Of a stretch of 42,211 nucleotides of DNA, positions 7,451-16,843 are shown one piece after another. The notes under the pieces are model-generated. The model saw only the letters and a list, made by a program, of their open reading frames with translations, made no database searches and was not told where the DNA came from. Origin of the DNA: a virus (taxonomy: Duplodnaviria > Caudoviricetes); the IMG/VR virus record IMGVR_UViG_3300037692_000076, positions 1 through 42,211 of that record, one strand, 5' to 3'. A program made the translations under genes and the position numbers. The first letter of the stretch is position 1. Every line of letters begins with the position of its first letter.

Positions 7451-8844
7451 TGACCACCATTACCACTACCATTCTGCCATTCTATTGTTGCACTATTACC
7501 TGTTATGGCTATAGTCGTAGGCACGGTTGTATATGTGCCATTCATGAATGTACGAAGCAAGGTTTTATTTGAGCCAGTTCCTTTATAAATGCGTATAATT
7601 TGTTTATATCCGAGATACGTTATCCCTCCGTCATATTTGAATTGTGTCACATTTAATGTAATTGATGATACATTTGGAACATAGATAGTCGATGTTTGAA
7701 AGCTTGTATTTTGCACAGGTATTTCAAACCCTTCATGGCTTAATATAGTACCTGATTTTTCAGTATAAACCTTTTCAATGAACCTATTTGGCGGTGTCGG
7801 ATGGTACGATATTGCTGTCGGTACGGTTATAATTCTATTACGTTCACTTGCGCCTGATCTGTATTCTTTTGAGCCTTTTGGATAGTAGAAGGCTACAATA
7901 TTATCAAATTGCATCCACTGTTTTATAGGGCTTGCAAATGATTTATCACCGCCTCCAAAGAAGTTATTAAGGTATACTTGCTCAATTAAATAGTTAGGGT
8001 TAAATCCGTTTACTACCTTGGCATCGACCTGTTGATAAACAAGTACTTTATTGTTGAAAACTTCAAGTAACCCGTTTGCCTTGTCGCCGTCATTTACCCG
8101 AAGTCTTATGGTTATATTTTGCCATTGTCCTTTTGTAATATTGGCTACATGTGTGCCGTATGGCCATCCCGATGAGTTGTACAACGCTCCTTTGAAATAG
8201 TTATATGTTGAATAGTTACCGTTTTGATTGAACAGAAACATTGAAACCCATCCGTCCGTATCTGTTTTATCGTTGTTTGGAATAGCAGTTGAACTCCCCC
8301 CGGCTAAACCTCCAAAGAATTTTCCGCCTTTGAACAGGTCGAAGTCAGCCGGGACATAAACATCCCAACTCAAAAACAATTCTTTGTACCCTTTATCTAA
8401 TGGAATGCGATAATTTCCAATACCTGAACTTGAACCTACATTGCCTTGGCCGTGGTAAACCTGTAATACTTTACCTCTACCCGTTACATTTTGTAACGTG
8501 TTACGATCATCGAACCAACCTTTTGAAAAGTATGGCCATGCCTGTGGTTTTGTTGCTGCATCGAAATTTTCAGACCATACGATATTAACCTCATTGATTG
8601 GCTCAATTGGAGGGATAACCGTATCGCAGTCATTTACTATAACCGTATCCGCAGGTAGTTTAATTAGGCTATCAATTATAGAAAGTGCCGATAAATAGCT
8701 GCGTTGGCACCAAGAATATTCTTTTTTCAGATTCTCATTAATAAGTATCAATGAATCGTATTCGGCTACTAACTTTTTGAGCGTTGGTTGCGAATAGCAT
8801 TGAATCATTAAGAATGTAAGTACTGTAAAGATTGTTGTTTTCAT
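7423..8844 (-). CDS. Secreted polysaccharide lyase-like protein (PL14-like jelly roll) with C-terminal CUB-like domain
   Basis: Signal-like N-terminus; FDLFKGGKFFGGL, GQWQNITIRLRVN..GKANGLLEV and FFGGGD motifs; C-terminal SGTILS..ITLNVTQF..IRIYKG..GNSATIEW..WTINY. Confidence 0.65.
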   Translation of the reverse strand: MKTTIFTVLTFLMIQCYSQPTLKKLVAEYDSLILINENLKKEYSWCQRSYLSALSIIDSLIKLPADTVIVNDCDTVIPPIEPINEVNIVWSENFDAATKPQAWPYFSKGWFDDRNTLQNVTGRGKVLQVYHGQGNVGSSSGIGNYRIPLDKGYKELFLSWDVYVPADFDLFKGGKFFGGLAGGSSTAIPNNDKTDTDGWVSMFLFNQNGNYSTYNYFKGALYNSSGWPYGTHVANITKGQWQNITIRLRVNDGDKANGLLEVFNNKVLVYQQVDAKVVNGFNPNYLIEQVYLNNFFGGGDKSFASPIKQWMQFDNIVAFYYPKGSKEYRSGASERNRIITVPTAISYHPTPPNRFIEKVYTEKSGTILSHEGFEIPVQNTSFQTSTIYVPNVSSITLNVTQFKYDGGITYLGYKQIIRIYKGTGSNKTLLRTFMNGTYTTVPTTIAITGNSATIEWQNGSGNGGQWTINYTSK

Positions 8845-8861
8845 TTATTTAGAGGTTATGA

Positions 8862-9185
8862 TTAATCCATCTGATAATGATTCGCGTCCCATGGAATAAT
8901 TTTTTTATTGTCAGGGTGTAATGTTTCCCAGTATTCATGTAGAGGTTCGTGTGCTTGCTGGCTTGTTAAGTATTCACCATTATAGAATAAATTCAAATCA
9001 ATTGCCAGTTTATTCAAGTGACCTGAATTCATTGTTTTTGATTTGCCTGTTTTTACATAAATTGCCTGTTGTTCCTTTGTTCTTAAAGCTTCTCCAAGCG
9101 TAATTTTATATCCGTTTTCATTTGCCCATATAATAAGTTTGGCAACGTTAAGGGCGAAGGTCTGTTGTTTTTCTGATAATGTCAT
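8862..9185 (-). CDS. Endolysin, M15-family peptidase
   Basis: R..EQQ, SGH...LAIDL and WDANHYQ zinc-peptidase motifs. Confidence 0.85.
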   Translation of the reverse strand: MTLSEKQQTFALNVAKLIIWANENGYKITLGEALRTKEQQAIYVKTGKSKTMNSGHLNKLAIDLNLFYNGEYLTSQQAHEPLHEYWETLHPDNKKIIPWDANHYQMD

Positions 9186-9535
9186 TTCTTCACATATTTG
9201 TCATCGCAATTAGTACGATGCTCTTTATATTTATCTTCGAATGATTCCTCCCATTGTGTTCGCTTTGCTATCTCTACTCTTAATTCCCCGATAGCTAAGG
9301 TTAATTCCTTATAAGCACCTGATTGTTGATTGAAATAGTATACTATGAAGAATCCAATTATAACTAGAAGTATTGAAATCAAAGTCCCCATGAACTTAAT
9401 TGCATTGTCCGGCGCTTCATTTAATCCTGCTGCAACAGCCTGATTATTTCCGGCCATATAAATCGTTAACATTATTGAGGTCATTAAACTACCCATAATT
9501 AAGAAGATTATGTTTTTGATGCTTTCCTTTGACAT
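9182..9535 (-). CDS. Putative holin/membrane protein
   Basis: Two TM segments plus a coiled-coil tail, directly upstream of the endolysin. Confidence 0.55.
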   Translation of the reverse strand: MSKESIKNIIFLIMGSLMTSIMLTIYMAGNNQAVAAGLNEAPDNAIKFMGTLISILLVIIGFFIVYYFNQQSGAYKELTLAIGELRVEIAKRTQWEESFEDKYKEHRTNCDDKYVKK

Positions 9536-9933
9536 AGCCGGTTTTTGTTAAAATATTTATACCAAAACACACTTATTACCGCTCCTAAAATTATAAATAA
9601 AAACATGTGAGTAACCTTATTTATCATACTATTACTCACATTTGCAATATACACCTCATAAGGCATACCGTAACTAGGCAATTCGCTCATTATTTGAAGC
9701 ATGAAGAATGAAGCATATACAATGAAAATTATCTTAAATAGTTTGGAGAACTCTTTTTTATATCCCTCCCAACATATAATTATTAAGCTTAGATAAGTAG
9801 TTGTGAAATATAAGATTGAAGCATTTGTAAGGCCGACGGCTGGCGGCATTACAACTACTTCAAATGCAGGACAAAACCGATTGTAAACGATTTCAGCCAC
9901 AATAAATAGAGTTAATCCAATTATCCTAAACAT
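9508..9933 (-). CDS. Four-TM membrane protein
   Basis: Four hydrophobic segments. Confidence 0.7.
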   Translation of the reverse strand: MFRIIGLTLFIVAEIVYNRFCPAFEVVVMPPAVGLTNASILYFTTTYLSLIIICWEGYKKEFSKLFKIIFIVYASFFMLQIMSELPSYGMPYEVYIANVSNSMINKVTHMFLFIILGAVISVFWYKYFNKNRLCQRKASKT

Positions 9934-9989
9934 TACGGATTAGGAGGCTTCGGAGGTTTTGGCGGGTGATCTTTGCGCAAATTTTTCAT
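9933..9989 (-). CDS. 18-aa proline-rich peptide MKNLRKDHPPKPPKPPNP, not in ORF track
   Basis: Starts 1 nt after the upstream stop and ends in a TAATG overlap with the next start. Confidence 0.6.
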   Translation of the reverse strand: MKNLRKDHPPKPPKPPNP

Positions 9990-9990
9990 G

Positions 9991-10551
9991 TTAGTAAATT
10001 TTGAAGTTTAAATTAATATATGACGAAAATACGTAACCTTTTGATATTTCCGGCCTTGTCTTTATGTTTGCAATGTACGACAAACTAAACCGAGTATTTG
10101 TATTAAACCTGATTTCGGCATTGGCTCCAAATGAATTAACTATATGAAGGTTATTCGGGTTCCGGTTCCAAATTCGTGAGTATTCACCGCCAATTATTAA
10201 CGAAACTTTTCGCTTGATAGGCATATACCCTGCACCAAATGAAATAGCATTATACTTCATTTCCGGAAAACTCTCGTAAATTATCGATGGTTCAATCCTA
10301 TTATAGTGGCCAAACATTCCCAAACGTATGTCCAAACCTTCCGTGAATGCCATTTTCGGGTCGATACCACCGGATAAGTAAATCCCGTTATCTCCCTTGT
10401 ATGGATGATAGTTATAATAATCGATTAAAGGTAATGCTACAAATGCCGAAGCGTATCCTATTAATACAGCCTTGCGAATCGGTGAAGGGTCGTGCATACT
10501 TGCATTAAGCTGTATGCAAAATAAAAGAGATATGTAAATTAGTCTATTCAT
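9991..10551 (-). CDS. Putative outer-membrane beta-barrel protein
   Basis: Signal peptide, alternating amphipathic strands and aromatic C-terminal strand YINLNFKIY. Confidence 0.6.
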   Translation of the reverse strand: MNRLIYISLLFCIQLNASMHDPSPIRKAVLIGYASAFVALPLIDYYNYHPYKGDNGIYLSGGIDPKMAFTEGLDIRLGMFGHYNRIEPSIIYESFPEMKYNAISFGAGYMPIKRKVSLIIGGEYSRIWNRNPNNLHIVNSFGANAEIRFNTNTRFSLSYIANIKTRPEISKGYVFSSYINLNFKIY

Positions 10552-11185
10552 TGAAAAGATATGTTATTTCTAATTCGGTTATCTGCCTTGCGTACATTCT
10601 GAAATCATCTAATTTTCCACCATAATAATTCGAACCAACTCTACCTATGTAACATGTATTTACCACAATGGCATTTCCCGGAGCGGTAGTCCCTGACTGC
10701 TCAACATTGTTTACAAATAGCCTGTTTTCTTTTGTGGTTCCATTGTGTAACATGGTAACCATGTACCAAATATTATCCGTCAATAATGATGAACTTTTTG
10801 GGTTGTATGTAGTTCCATCAAAATGTCCTACAAGCACATTTGAACCCGCGAATATGTTCAACCTCTGCCCGGTTGGCGCATATGAAAATGCTCGGTTAGT
10901 AACCGAAGCATCGTGAAGAAACCAAAAGTTAATCGTATAATCTTGCGCTAAATCTAATTCTGTAAAAAGAGGTGTCTGAATGTAATCGCCACCATCAAAT
11001 AAATATGCTTTATTTGCGGCTCCTTTTCTATCTGTAGTTAATACAGCCCCTGTTACTGTTCCGTTATACCCGTTCCCGCTTTCGTCATTCGCATTTCCGT
11101 TGAATGGGTAATACGCAAAATAATCTGTAGGGATTGGATTAAAACCTGATCTTTTAATAGCCCTATGTCTCATTAATAAACTCAT
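10544..11185 (-). CDS. LamG/concanavalin A-like domain protein (probable receptor-binding/tail component)
   Basis: AYYPFNGNANDESGNG, WYMVT and GKLDDFRMYAR motifs. Confidence 0.85.
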   Translation of the reverse strand: MSLLMRHRAIKRSGFNPIPTDYFAYYPFNGNANDESGNGYNGTVTGAVLTTDRKGAANKAYLFDGGDYIQTPLFTELDLAQDYTINFWFLHDASVTNRAFSYAPTGQRLNIFAGSNVLVGHFDGTTYNPKSSSLLTDNIWYMVTMLHNGTTKENRLFVNNVEQSGTTAPGNAIVVNTCYIGRVGSNYYGGKLDDFRMYARQITELEITYLFNE

Positions 11186-11565
11186 ACAACCGGATTAAAT
11201 TCGTCACCTGTAACACCAGCAACCTTTAAAAATACATCTGTTTCAAGATGGTATGTTATTAAATAATCAGTTACAACAGTTTCTAAACTTGACCAGTCCG
11301 TTAAGTCCCCATTGGCGGCCGCTATCCATCTTTGAGCAAGTGATAAAAATATTTTCCTATCATCATTTGCATATGCTAGAATAACCCTACGGCATAACTG
11401 CATAACCTTGTCGTACACAATTTGTTGACCATTGAACTTTGCATCTGTGTGCTGCAACCCCATTAGATATCCGGCAAATCGCACGCTATCAGTTTCTACT
11501 CTCTTCCTCAAATTAATGGGGTCATTGTTTAACAACTCCCATTTCTCCATCAGTGTTAGTGCCAT
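11182..11565 (-). CDS. Hypothetical protein (tail fibre region)
   Basis: ORF tiles with neighbours. Confidence 0.65.
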   Translation of the reverse strand: MALTLMEKWELLNNDPINLRKRVETDSVRFAGYLMGLQHTDAKFNGQQIVYDKVMQLCRRVILAYANDDRKIFLSLAQRWIAAANGDLTDWSSLETVVTDYLITYHLETDVFLKVAGVTGDEFNPVV

Positions 11566-11584
11566 TCGATTAGTTGTTAGTTAG

Positions 11585-12988
11585 TTATAATTGTTCGCCT
11601 GAAAACTTTATTTTGTAGTAATCTGTTGAATCGTGAGTAATTTTCATGATTGAGATTTCAAACATACTATCAGTTGTACCATCAAATGTATATGTTTTGC
11701 CAGTTTCATCCCAATCAGTATCGTCAGAAACCCAATTTAAAGAGCCTCCAAATGTAATTATAACCGAACCTGTAATTCTAAAATGATATGATATCAGCCT
11801 TATGTTTGTTGCGTTTGAAAGTGAAAGAGTAAAATCATCGCTTATTTCATCGGTTGAAAATATCTTTTGGTATTTCGAATCGCAATCGAGTGTTATTGTG
11901 TCCGGTGTTCCTACGACTATTGAGACAGGTACAGGTATAAGATTAATGTCTGTTGATGTTCCTACACTACCAGAAATAGCAGTACTTACAGCAAGCGTAG
12001 TTGGATATTTCGTATCGTCAGGGCTGGTTAGATCAGTGGCTTTGTTTGTTAATAACTCATAGACACTTAGATCGGGCTTGTTTAATATTTGCGAATCTCC
12101 TGTTTCTGAATTCCAATCGGCATTAACATTTACCTCTGCACCGTTGGATACGTTTAAATGCGTTCTCAAAGCACTTGCATTTATTCCCAAAACAATCGTA
12201 CCAGTCGTTGTTATCGGGCTTCCTGAATCAGCTTCTATACCATCGCTGCCGGTTATGGCTACGCTTGTAACTGTGCCCCCTGTGAATGCTCCTTCGGTTG
12301 TTGGAATGCGAACCGCCTGATATTCGAATTGCCCAGCTGTATAAGCGTTTATTACAAACCCACTTGCCGACTGGCTTACGTAATCGAATCCTATTCCGTT
12401 TTTATCGATAACATTTAAAATATAATCGTCATCTATAAAAGGGGTTAGTACTTCGGATAAGTTTTTAAAATCGAATTCCTCTTCTCCACCTGCTGCCGTA
12501 ATTGTTCCTGCTCTAACCTCGGTTAAAAATATACCACCCGCAGAGCCTGAAACCGTTGCATCAACATAAATCTTTAATTCGTCAATTGCATCGCCTACGT
12601 TATCGGCTGCAATACCCTCGCTACTTGAAAAATCAATATCAGTTGCAGTAAGTGTGATCGCTCCGGTTAACCCGTTCACAGAAATTACTACGCCCGAATT
12701 AGTAGTGTCTACCCATTCATCCGTGTCAACGTCCCAAATCCAAACGGTATCAGTCGAGCCAACAATAGCAAACCATCCATTTTCTCCAACAGTATAAGCC
12801 GATACTAAAGCTGCCTCATTGGGAAAGTAACCTTTGTTTGCCTCTCCTACTGCGTTAACAGCATCTCTCAATTGCTCAAATGTGATCTTTCTCGACACAT
12901 AACCGCCCAATCCATTGGGTACAGTTACTTCGTAGAATGTCCCTGCTGTGGTTGTAGTTGTGGTAAGTTGTATTACGTTTTCTGACAT
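11585..12988 (-). CDS. Tail fibre-like protein
   Basis: VISVNGLTGAITL, GTVTSVAIT..SGSPITTTGTI and ADWN..GDSQILNKP fibre motifs; start MSENV at 12988 avoids overlap. Confidence 0.75.
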   Translation of the reverse strand: MSENVIQLTTTTTTAGTFYEVTVPNGLGGYVSRKITFEQLRDAVNAVGEANKGYFPNEAALVSAYTVGENGWFAIVGSTDTVWIWDVDTDEWVDTTNSGVVISVNGLTGAITLTATDIDFSSSEGIAADNVGDAIDELKIYVDATVSGSAGGIFLTEVRAGTITAAGGEEEFDFKNLSEVLTPFIDDDYILNVIDKNGIGFDYVSQSASGFVINAYTAGQFEYQAVRIPTTEGAFTGGTVTSVAITGSDGIEADSGSPITTTGTIVLGINASALRTHLNVSNGAEVNVNADWNSETGDSQILNKPDLSVYELLTNKATDLTSPDDTKYPTTLAVSTAISGSVGTSTDINLIPVPVSIVVGTPDTITLDCDSKYQKIFSTDEISDDFTLSLSNATNIRLISYHFRITGSVIITFGGSLNWVSDDTDWDETGKTYTFDGTTDSMFEISIMKITHDSTDYYKIKFSGEQL

Positions 12989-12993
12989 AGCGA

Positions 12994-13749
12994 TTAATTG
13001 AAAGCATGAATATACAAAATGTACCAATTACCCGAATATATTACCGGGTCGTCCCCCGAAGTTGTGTTTGTTATTTCAACCCACAACTTACTACCTTCAT
13101 CTGCATTTATACCGGCAATTAATGATATAGGGTGCATCTCTGTTCCTGAACTGGAAGAATTTTCTATTTTAGCTATTTGAGTGCCGTCTAACATAACGCG
13201 AATTGCAAATACATCATTTGCCGTTCCGCTTAACGTCACCGTGAAATTAAAAAGAAAGTGAGCTGTGTCGGCTAATATTATTGTATCGCCTGAATATGTT
13301 ATCTTTCTAAGGTGAGACAACCCAAATAGGCTATCGTATACATTTGTAATTGCACTATACACATTTTGTGTTACTGAAATTGCAACTGAACTATCGGCAA
13401 ATCGAGCCCATCCATGTGGGGGATATAGAATATTGTCAAATACATCAAAATGACCATCAGGTGAACGCACTGTATCAATAGTTGCATTATCTGCACCCAA
13501 TACATTTGTTAATACAGTGTCTTGAATGCCTATAATATTAACAGCCGCCCCTGCTGTATCGGCATAGTTGGCCGTGTCTGTGTTAATGCTTGCCGGGTTT
13601 TCGAATTCAACATTTCCCCCGATGAACAGATCGCCACCGGTTAATGCTTTTATCGAATCAGTTTTAATAACAGTTTTCGTAAAGGTGTTCTTTTGACCAT
13701 TAGCAACCAAGGCCGAAAAGAGTAATATTATAACGCTTATTTTTTTCAT
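12994..13749 (-). CDS. Signal-peptide-bearing beta-rich protein in the tail module (C-terminal BclA/C1q-like jelly roll possible)
   Basis: MKKISVIILLFSALVANG-Q N-terminus; DTANYADTA fibre-like motif. Confidence 0.6.
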   Translation of the reverse strand: MKKISVIILLFSALVANGQKNTFTKTVIKTDSIKALTGGDLFIGGNVEFENPASINTDTANYADTAGAAVNIIGIQDTVLTNVLGADNATIDTVRSPDGHFDVFDNILYPPHGWARFADSSVAISVTQNVYSAITNVYDSLFGLSHLRKITYSGDTIILADTAHFLFNFTVTLSGTANDVFAIRVMLDGTQIAKIENSSSSGTEMHPISLIAGINADEGSKLWVEITNTTSGDDPVIYSGNWYILYIHAFN

Positions 13750-14558
13750 CGCTGATAAGTATAATTGGTTTCAGTTAATTTAATATCGGCCTTCCCTATG
13801 TCCGACTTTCCAATCCGATCGAACTCTATACCTTCTTCATTCTGGCATGTTACCCCGTTTACTGTTATTGTATCACAGGAAAAAATACCATTAAGCAAAG
13901 GCAGTAAGCTAATATGGACGTTTGTAAGGATGAGGTTGTACACATTGAACGGGGTTCCTCTCAATTTAATCATGTTTTGCCGATCAGTAGCAAATGCGGA
14001 AATCTCATTACCCGGTGAATCAGGTATGAATTGTCCGGTAGAATAAAACAATCCTGTGTACCTGTTTGTAAGGCCGTCAACAAATACAGTCCCGTAATCG
14101 TTCGATTGGTTTGTAAATGATATCTGAACAACCCTTCGGCGATAAACTGCATCAGTATGTACCACAAATTTATTCGTCCGAATCCCTGCCGATGAACTTT
14201 CAATGTAGTAGGTGCCTGCCGAAGAAAAGGTATAATCATACCTGTTTACTTTTTGGCTTACCCATCCTGTAGGAGTTATAGCCGTATGGGTTATTGTGGC
14301 AAATGAATCGTATGCCTGTGTCGTATGATTGAATTTATAAACAGTCAAATCTTCGCTACCTTCAACCGTTAACCATAACTGTAACGATAGTTGTTTGCCT
14401 ATAACCCAATCTTGAAAGTATTTCGATGGGTAAATACCTTCGATTACTTTAGTACCCGGCCTGAAATTTTTAAGTGAAGGCCATTGAGAAGAATGGTCTA
14501 TTAATTCACTTACTCTATAAAATCTGATCGGGTTAATATCGGGTATAATTACCTGCAT
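13746..14558 (-). CDS. Putative tail/baseplate protein
   Basis: Position downstream of the tape measure and tip genes; beta-rich. Confidence 0.6.
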   Translation of the reverse strand: MQVIIPDINPIRFYRVSELIDHSSQWPSLKNFRPGTKVIEGIYPSKYFQDWVIGKQLSLQLWLTVEGSEDLTVYKFNHTTQAYDSFATITHTAITPTGWVSQKVNRYDYTFSSAGTYYIESSSAGIRTNKFVVHTDAVYRRRVVQISFTNQSNDYGTVFVDGLTNRYTGLFYSTGQFIPDSPGNEISAFATDRQNMIKLRGTPFNVYNLILTNVHISLLPLLNGIFSCDTITVNGVTCQNEEGIEFDRIGKSDIGKADIKLTETNYTYQR

Positions 14559-14560
14559 AG

Positions 14561-16843
14561 TTACATTAATAAATGATTTTGACCATCCATAAATAAGGCA
14601 TCCGAGCCATCCATGAATACCTTTTGGATATTCTGACTTGCTACCGTTCCAAATAATTTATATTTTGCTTTGCCTTCGTATTCCATTGTTTCGATAAGAT
14701 CAATAAACCCGGCATAACCTATACCATCGAATGTAAAGTTAATTATTCCATGCGGATTAAGTTCTATGTTATCCCGTAGCTGATCTGGGAAAGTACCTTC
14801 GAACTCTAACCACTCGGGATTAAATAGACGAATATCCGGTAAATCAGCTTCGGAAATGTCATCGAACTCATTAACGATATCGTTATTTTGATTTAAATAC
14901 TGAATGTTTACTTTCTTGGAAGAGGAAATGAATTTAACCTTAACAACATCTTTCCACAGTGCAACCTTTAGAATATTGCCCCATCGTAAAAGATTTTCCC
15001 GTGGTGTTAACATTAAGTTGTAGTAATTCTCAATCCCGTTGAATCCTGATAGCACTGATGAACCACCTTGCGCTGTTGAGCCTCCTTGTATGGTGTCGTT
15101 ACCGTCTGTTCTTACTATGTATATTTGTTCATCCTGCTTCGTGTCCTTACTTGCATTCTGTGAATACTGCAACCTACGGGTTAATTCCATCGAAATAGAA
15201 CTGAAATTGTATAGCGCCCGGACGTTCATATCATCTTTTACCGGCAAATTAATGGCGTGTTCAGTCTGAACGTGAACGTCATTCACCCCTTGGAACTCTT
15301 CGTACTCACCTGTATTAACAAACCCCGAAACAATATTATTGAAATATCCTTCTTTCATTGGCTTAATAACCAATTCGGTAACCTCTCCAATGTCACCCAT
15401 GATGTAATCCGATTGAAAAGCATGCTCTTTTTTTTCAATCCTGATACGGTCGTTTACAAAATCATAGTAGCACATTAAGTTGTACACGCAATCGAAAGAC
15501 TGAAATAGTTTTCTCCAACTTATGTTAAATGGTTTATTAGGAAATCCACGCACATTCCATCCGGTAAATATTGCATCGCGTGAACCTTCGCCGTACTCAT
15601 CGTATTCAATAAATTCAGAAATAGTACGACCGAAGAAATCCGAATAAAATAGTTTTGAGGTGTCAAGTTCAGCAGTTGACAATTGGAATAGCCTTGTAAA
15701 TGCTTCGTGTGGAAAGTAGCTTTTAACGTATGTTTTCGATTGTGAAGTTTCTTCAAATAGATTTAAGTTGAAATCTAAATGAGAGCGAACGTCAAGCCTA
15801 AATCCACTGGTAAAATTTTCGTAATCTGGTATGGCATATATGTACCAATCAATTCTACCGCCAGAAGGTACTGTAACTGATTTATTTTGTAACGTGCTTA
15901 GATTCCAAGAAAAATCAACTTGCTCAAAAGAGAAAAAAAACCCTATAAGAAATGGGTTATTAACATCTACAACAAAAGTTTCAATTAGATTATCTTCGAA
16001 ATCATAAACATCATAATTGAATGTCATTACATAACTGAATCGCCTAGTTCCAAACTCCACCCCAGTTGGTGCCCTGAAAAATGCATCTAAATAAGTTATA
16101 TTTGAAGTTGTAGTAATTGAGGCAACTCTAACAACTGTTGAATAGGATAGATTATTTTCATAAATAGTACGAGACCCCCCGGTTATTAATTGAATTCTTT
16201 CTCCAACTTCGTTTATTACAGTGCTTTGTGTATTTATAAGTATCTCAAAAGGTATAATGCCTTGCGAAGGCGGGTCGATTGTATCTGGTTCATACTCTCC
16301 TAATCCCCTTATTACTTCTGTAAAATCGCTTACGGTTTCAACATTTAGAACCAATGGTATAGGCTCAAATCCTATGTTTGTTGGGGCGAACTGGAAAGCA
16401 TCAACTACATTTCCATTGAGAGCGTTAAGGCTGTTAATGTCGAAGTTTATTTCATCGTTCAAAATAAACATTTGGTACTTTCCCGATGCAACAAACCCGG
16501 CCTCTACATAATCCCTCTCAATGCTTAAGCGTTCAGGATTCAAATCGATAATGCCTTCGAACTGTAATGTGTAGCCATTCGTTTGATGGTTTCTTCGTTC
16601 GATCTTTATGCCTATGTAGCCGTTAACATTTGAGATTCCATTGTCTTGATAGTACTGGTAGATTTCGTTTCCTCCTCCACCGGGTTTACGTGGAAATCTG
16701 TATGTGCTTAATGTGTAACTTTTATTAACCCCCCAATATGTTTTATCCCGAGCGTATGTAATACCGCTTTTATCCCAACCTTCCGGGGCAAATATATCTA
16801 ATTCTTCTCCGCTAATCGTTAATGTAAATTGGAAATAATTCAT
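14561..16843 (-). CDS. Putative tail tip/hub protein
   Basis: 760 aa immediately after the tape measure gene; PEGWD...R...YWG N-terminus. Confidence 0.65.
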   Translation of the reverse strand: MNYFQFTLTISGEELDIFAPEGWDKSGITYARDKTYWGVNKSYTLSTYRFPRKPGGGGNEIYQYYQDNGISNVNGYIGIKIERRNHQTNGYTLQFEGIIDLNPERLSIERDYVEAGFVASGKYQMFILNDEINFDINSLNALNGNVVDAFQFAPTNIGFEPIPLVLNVETVSDFTEVIRGLGEYEPDTIDPPSQGIIPFEILINTQSTVINEVGERIQLITGGSRTIYENNLSYSTVVRVASITTTSNITYLDAFFRAPTGVEFGTRRFSYVMTFNYDVYDFEDNLIETFVVDVNNPFLIGFFFSFEQVDFSWNLSTLQNKSVTVPSGGRIDWYIYAIPDYENFTSGFRLDVRSHLDFNLNLFEETSQSKTYVKSYFPHEAFTRLFQLSTAELDTSKLFYSDFFGRTISEFIEYDEYGEGSRDAIFTGWNVRGFPNKPFNISWRKLFQSFDCVYNLMCYYDFVNDRIRIEKKEHAFQSDYIMGDIGEVTELVIKPMKEGYFNNIVSGFVNTGEYEEFQGVNDVHVQTEHAINLPVKDDMNVRALYNFSSISMELTRRLQYSQNASKDTKQDEQIYIVRTDGNDTIQGGSTAQGGSSVLSGFNGIENYYNLMLTPRENLLRWGNILKVALWKDVVKVKFISSSKKVNIQYLNQNNDIVNEFDDISEADLPDIRLFNPEWLEFEGTFPDQLRDNIELNPHGIINFTFDGIGYAGFIDLIETMEYEGKAKYKLFGTVASQNIQKVFMDGSDALFMDGQNHLLM

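Noticed and set aside
10544-16843. Diversity-generating retroelement targeting tail/LamG genes
   Set aside because: No reverse transcriptase ORF and no template/variable repeat pair seen; the terminal repeat differences are mostly synonymous and not adenine-specific
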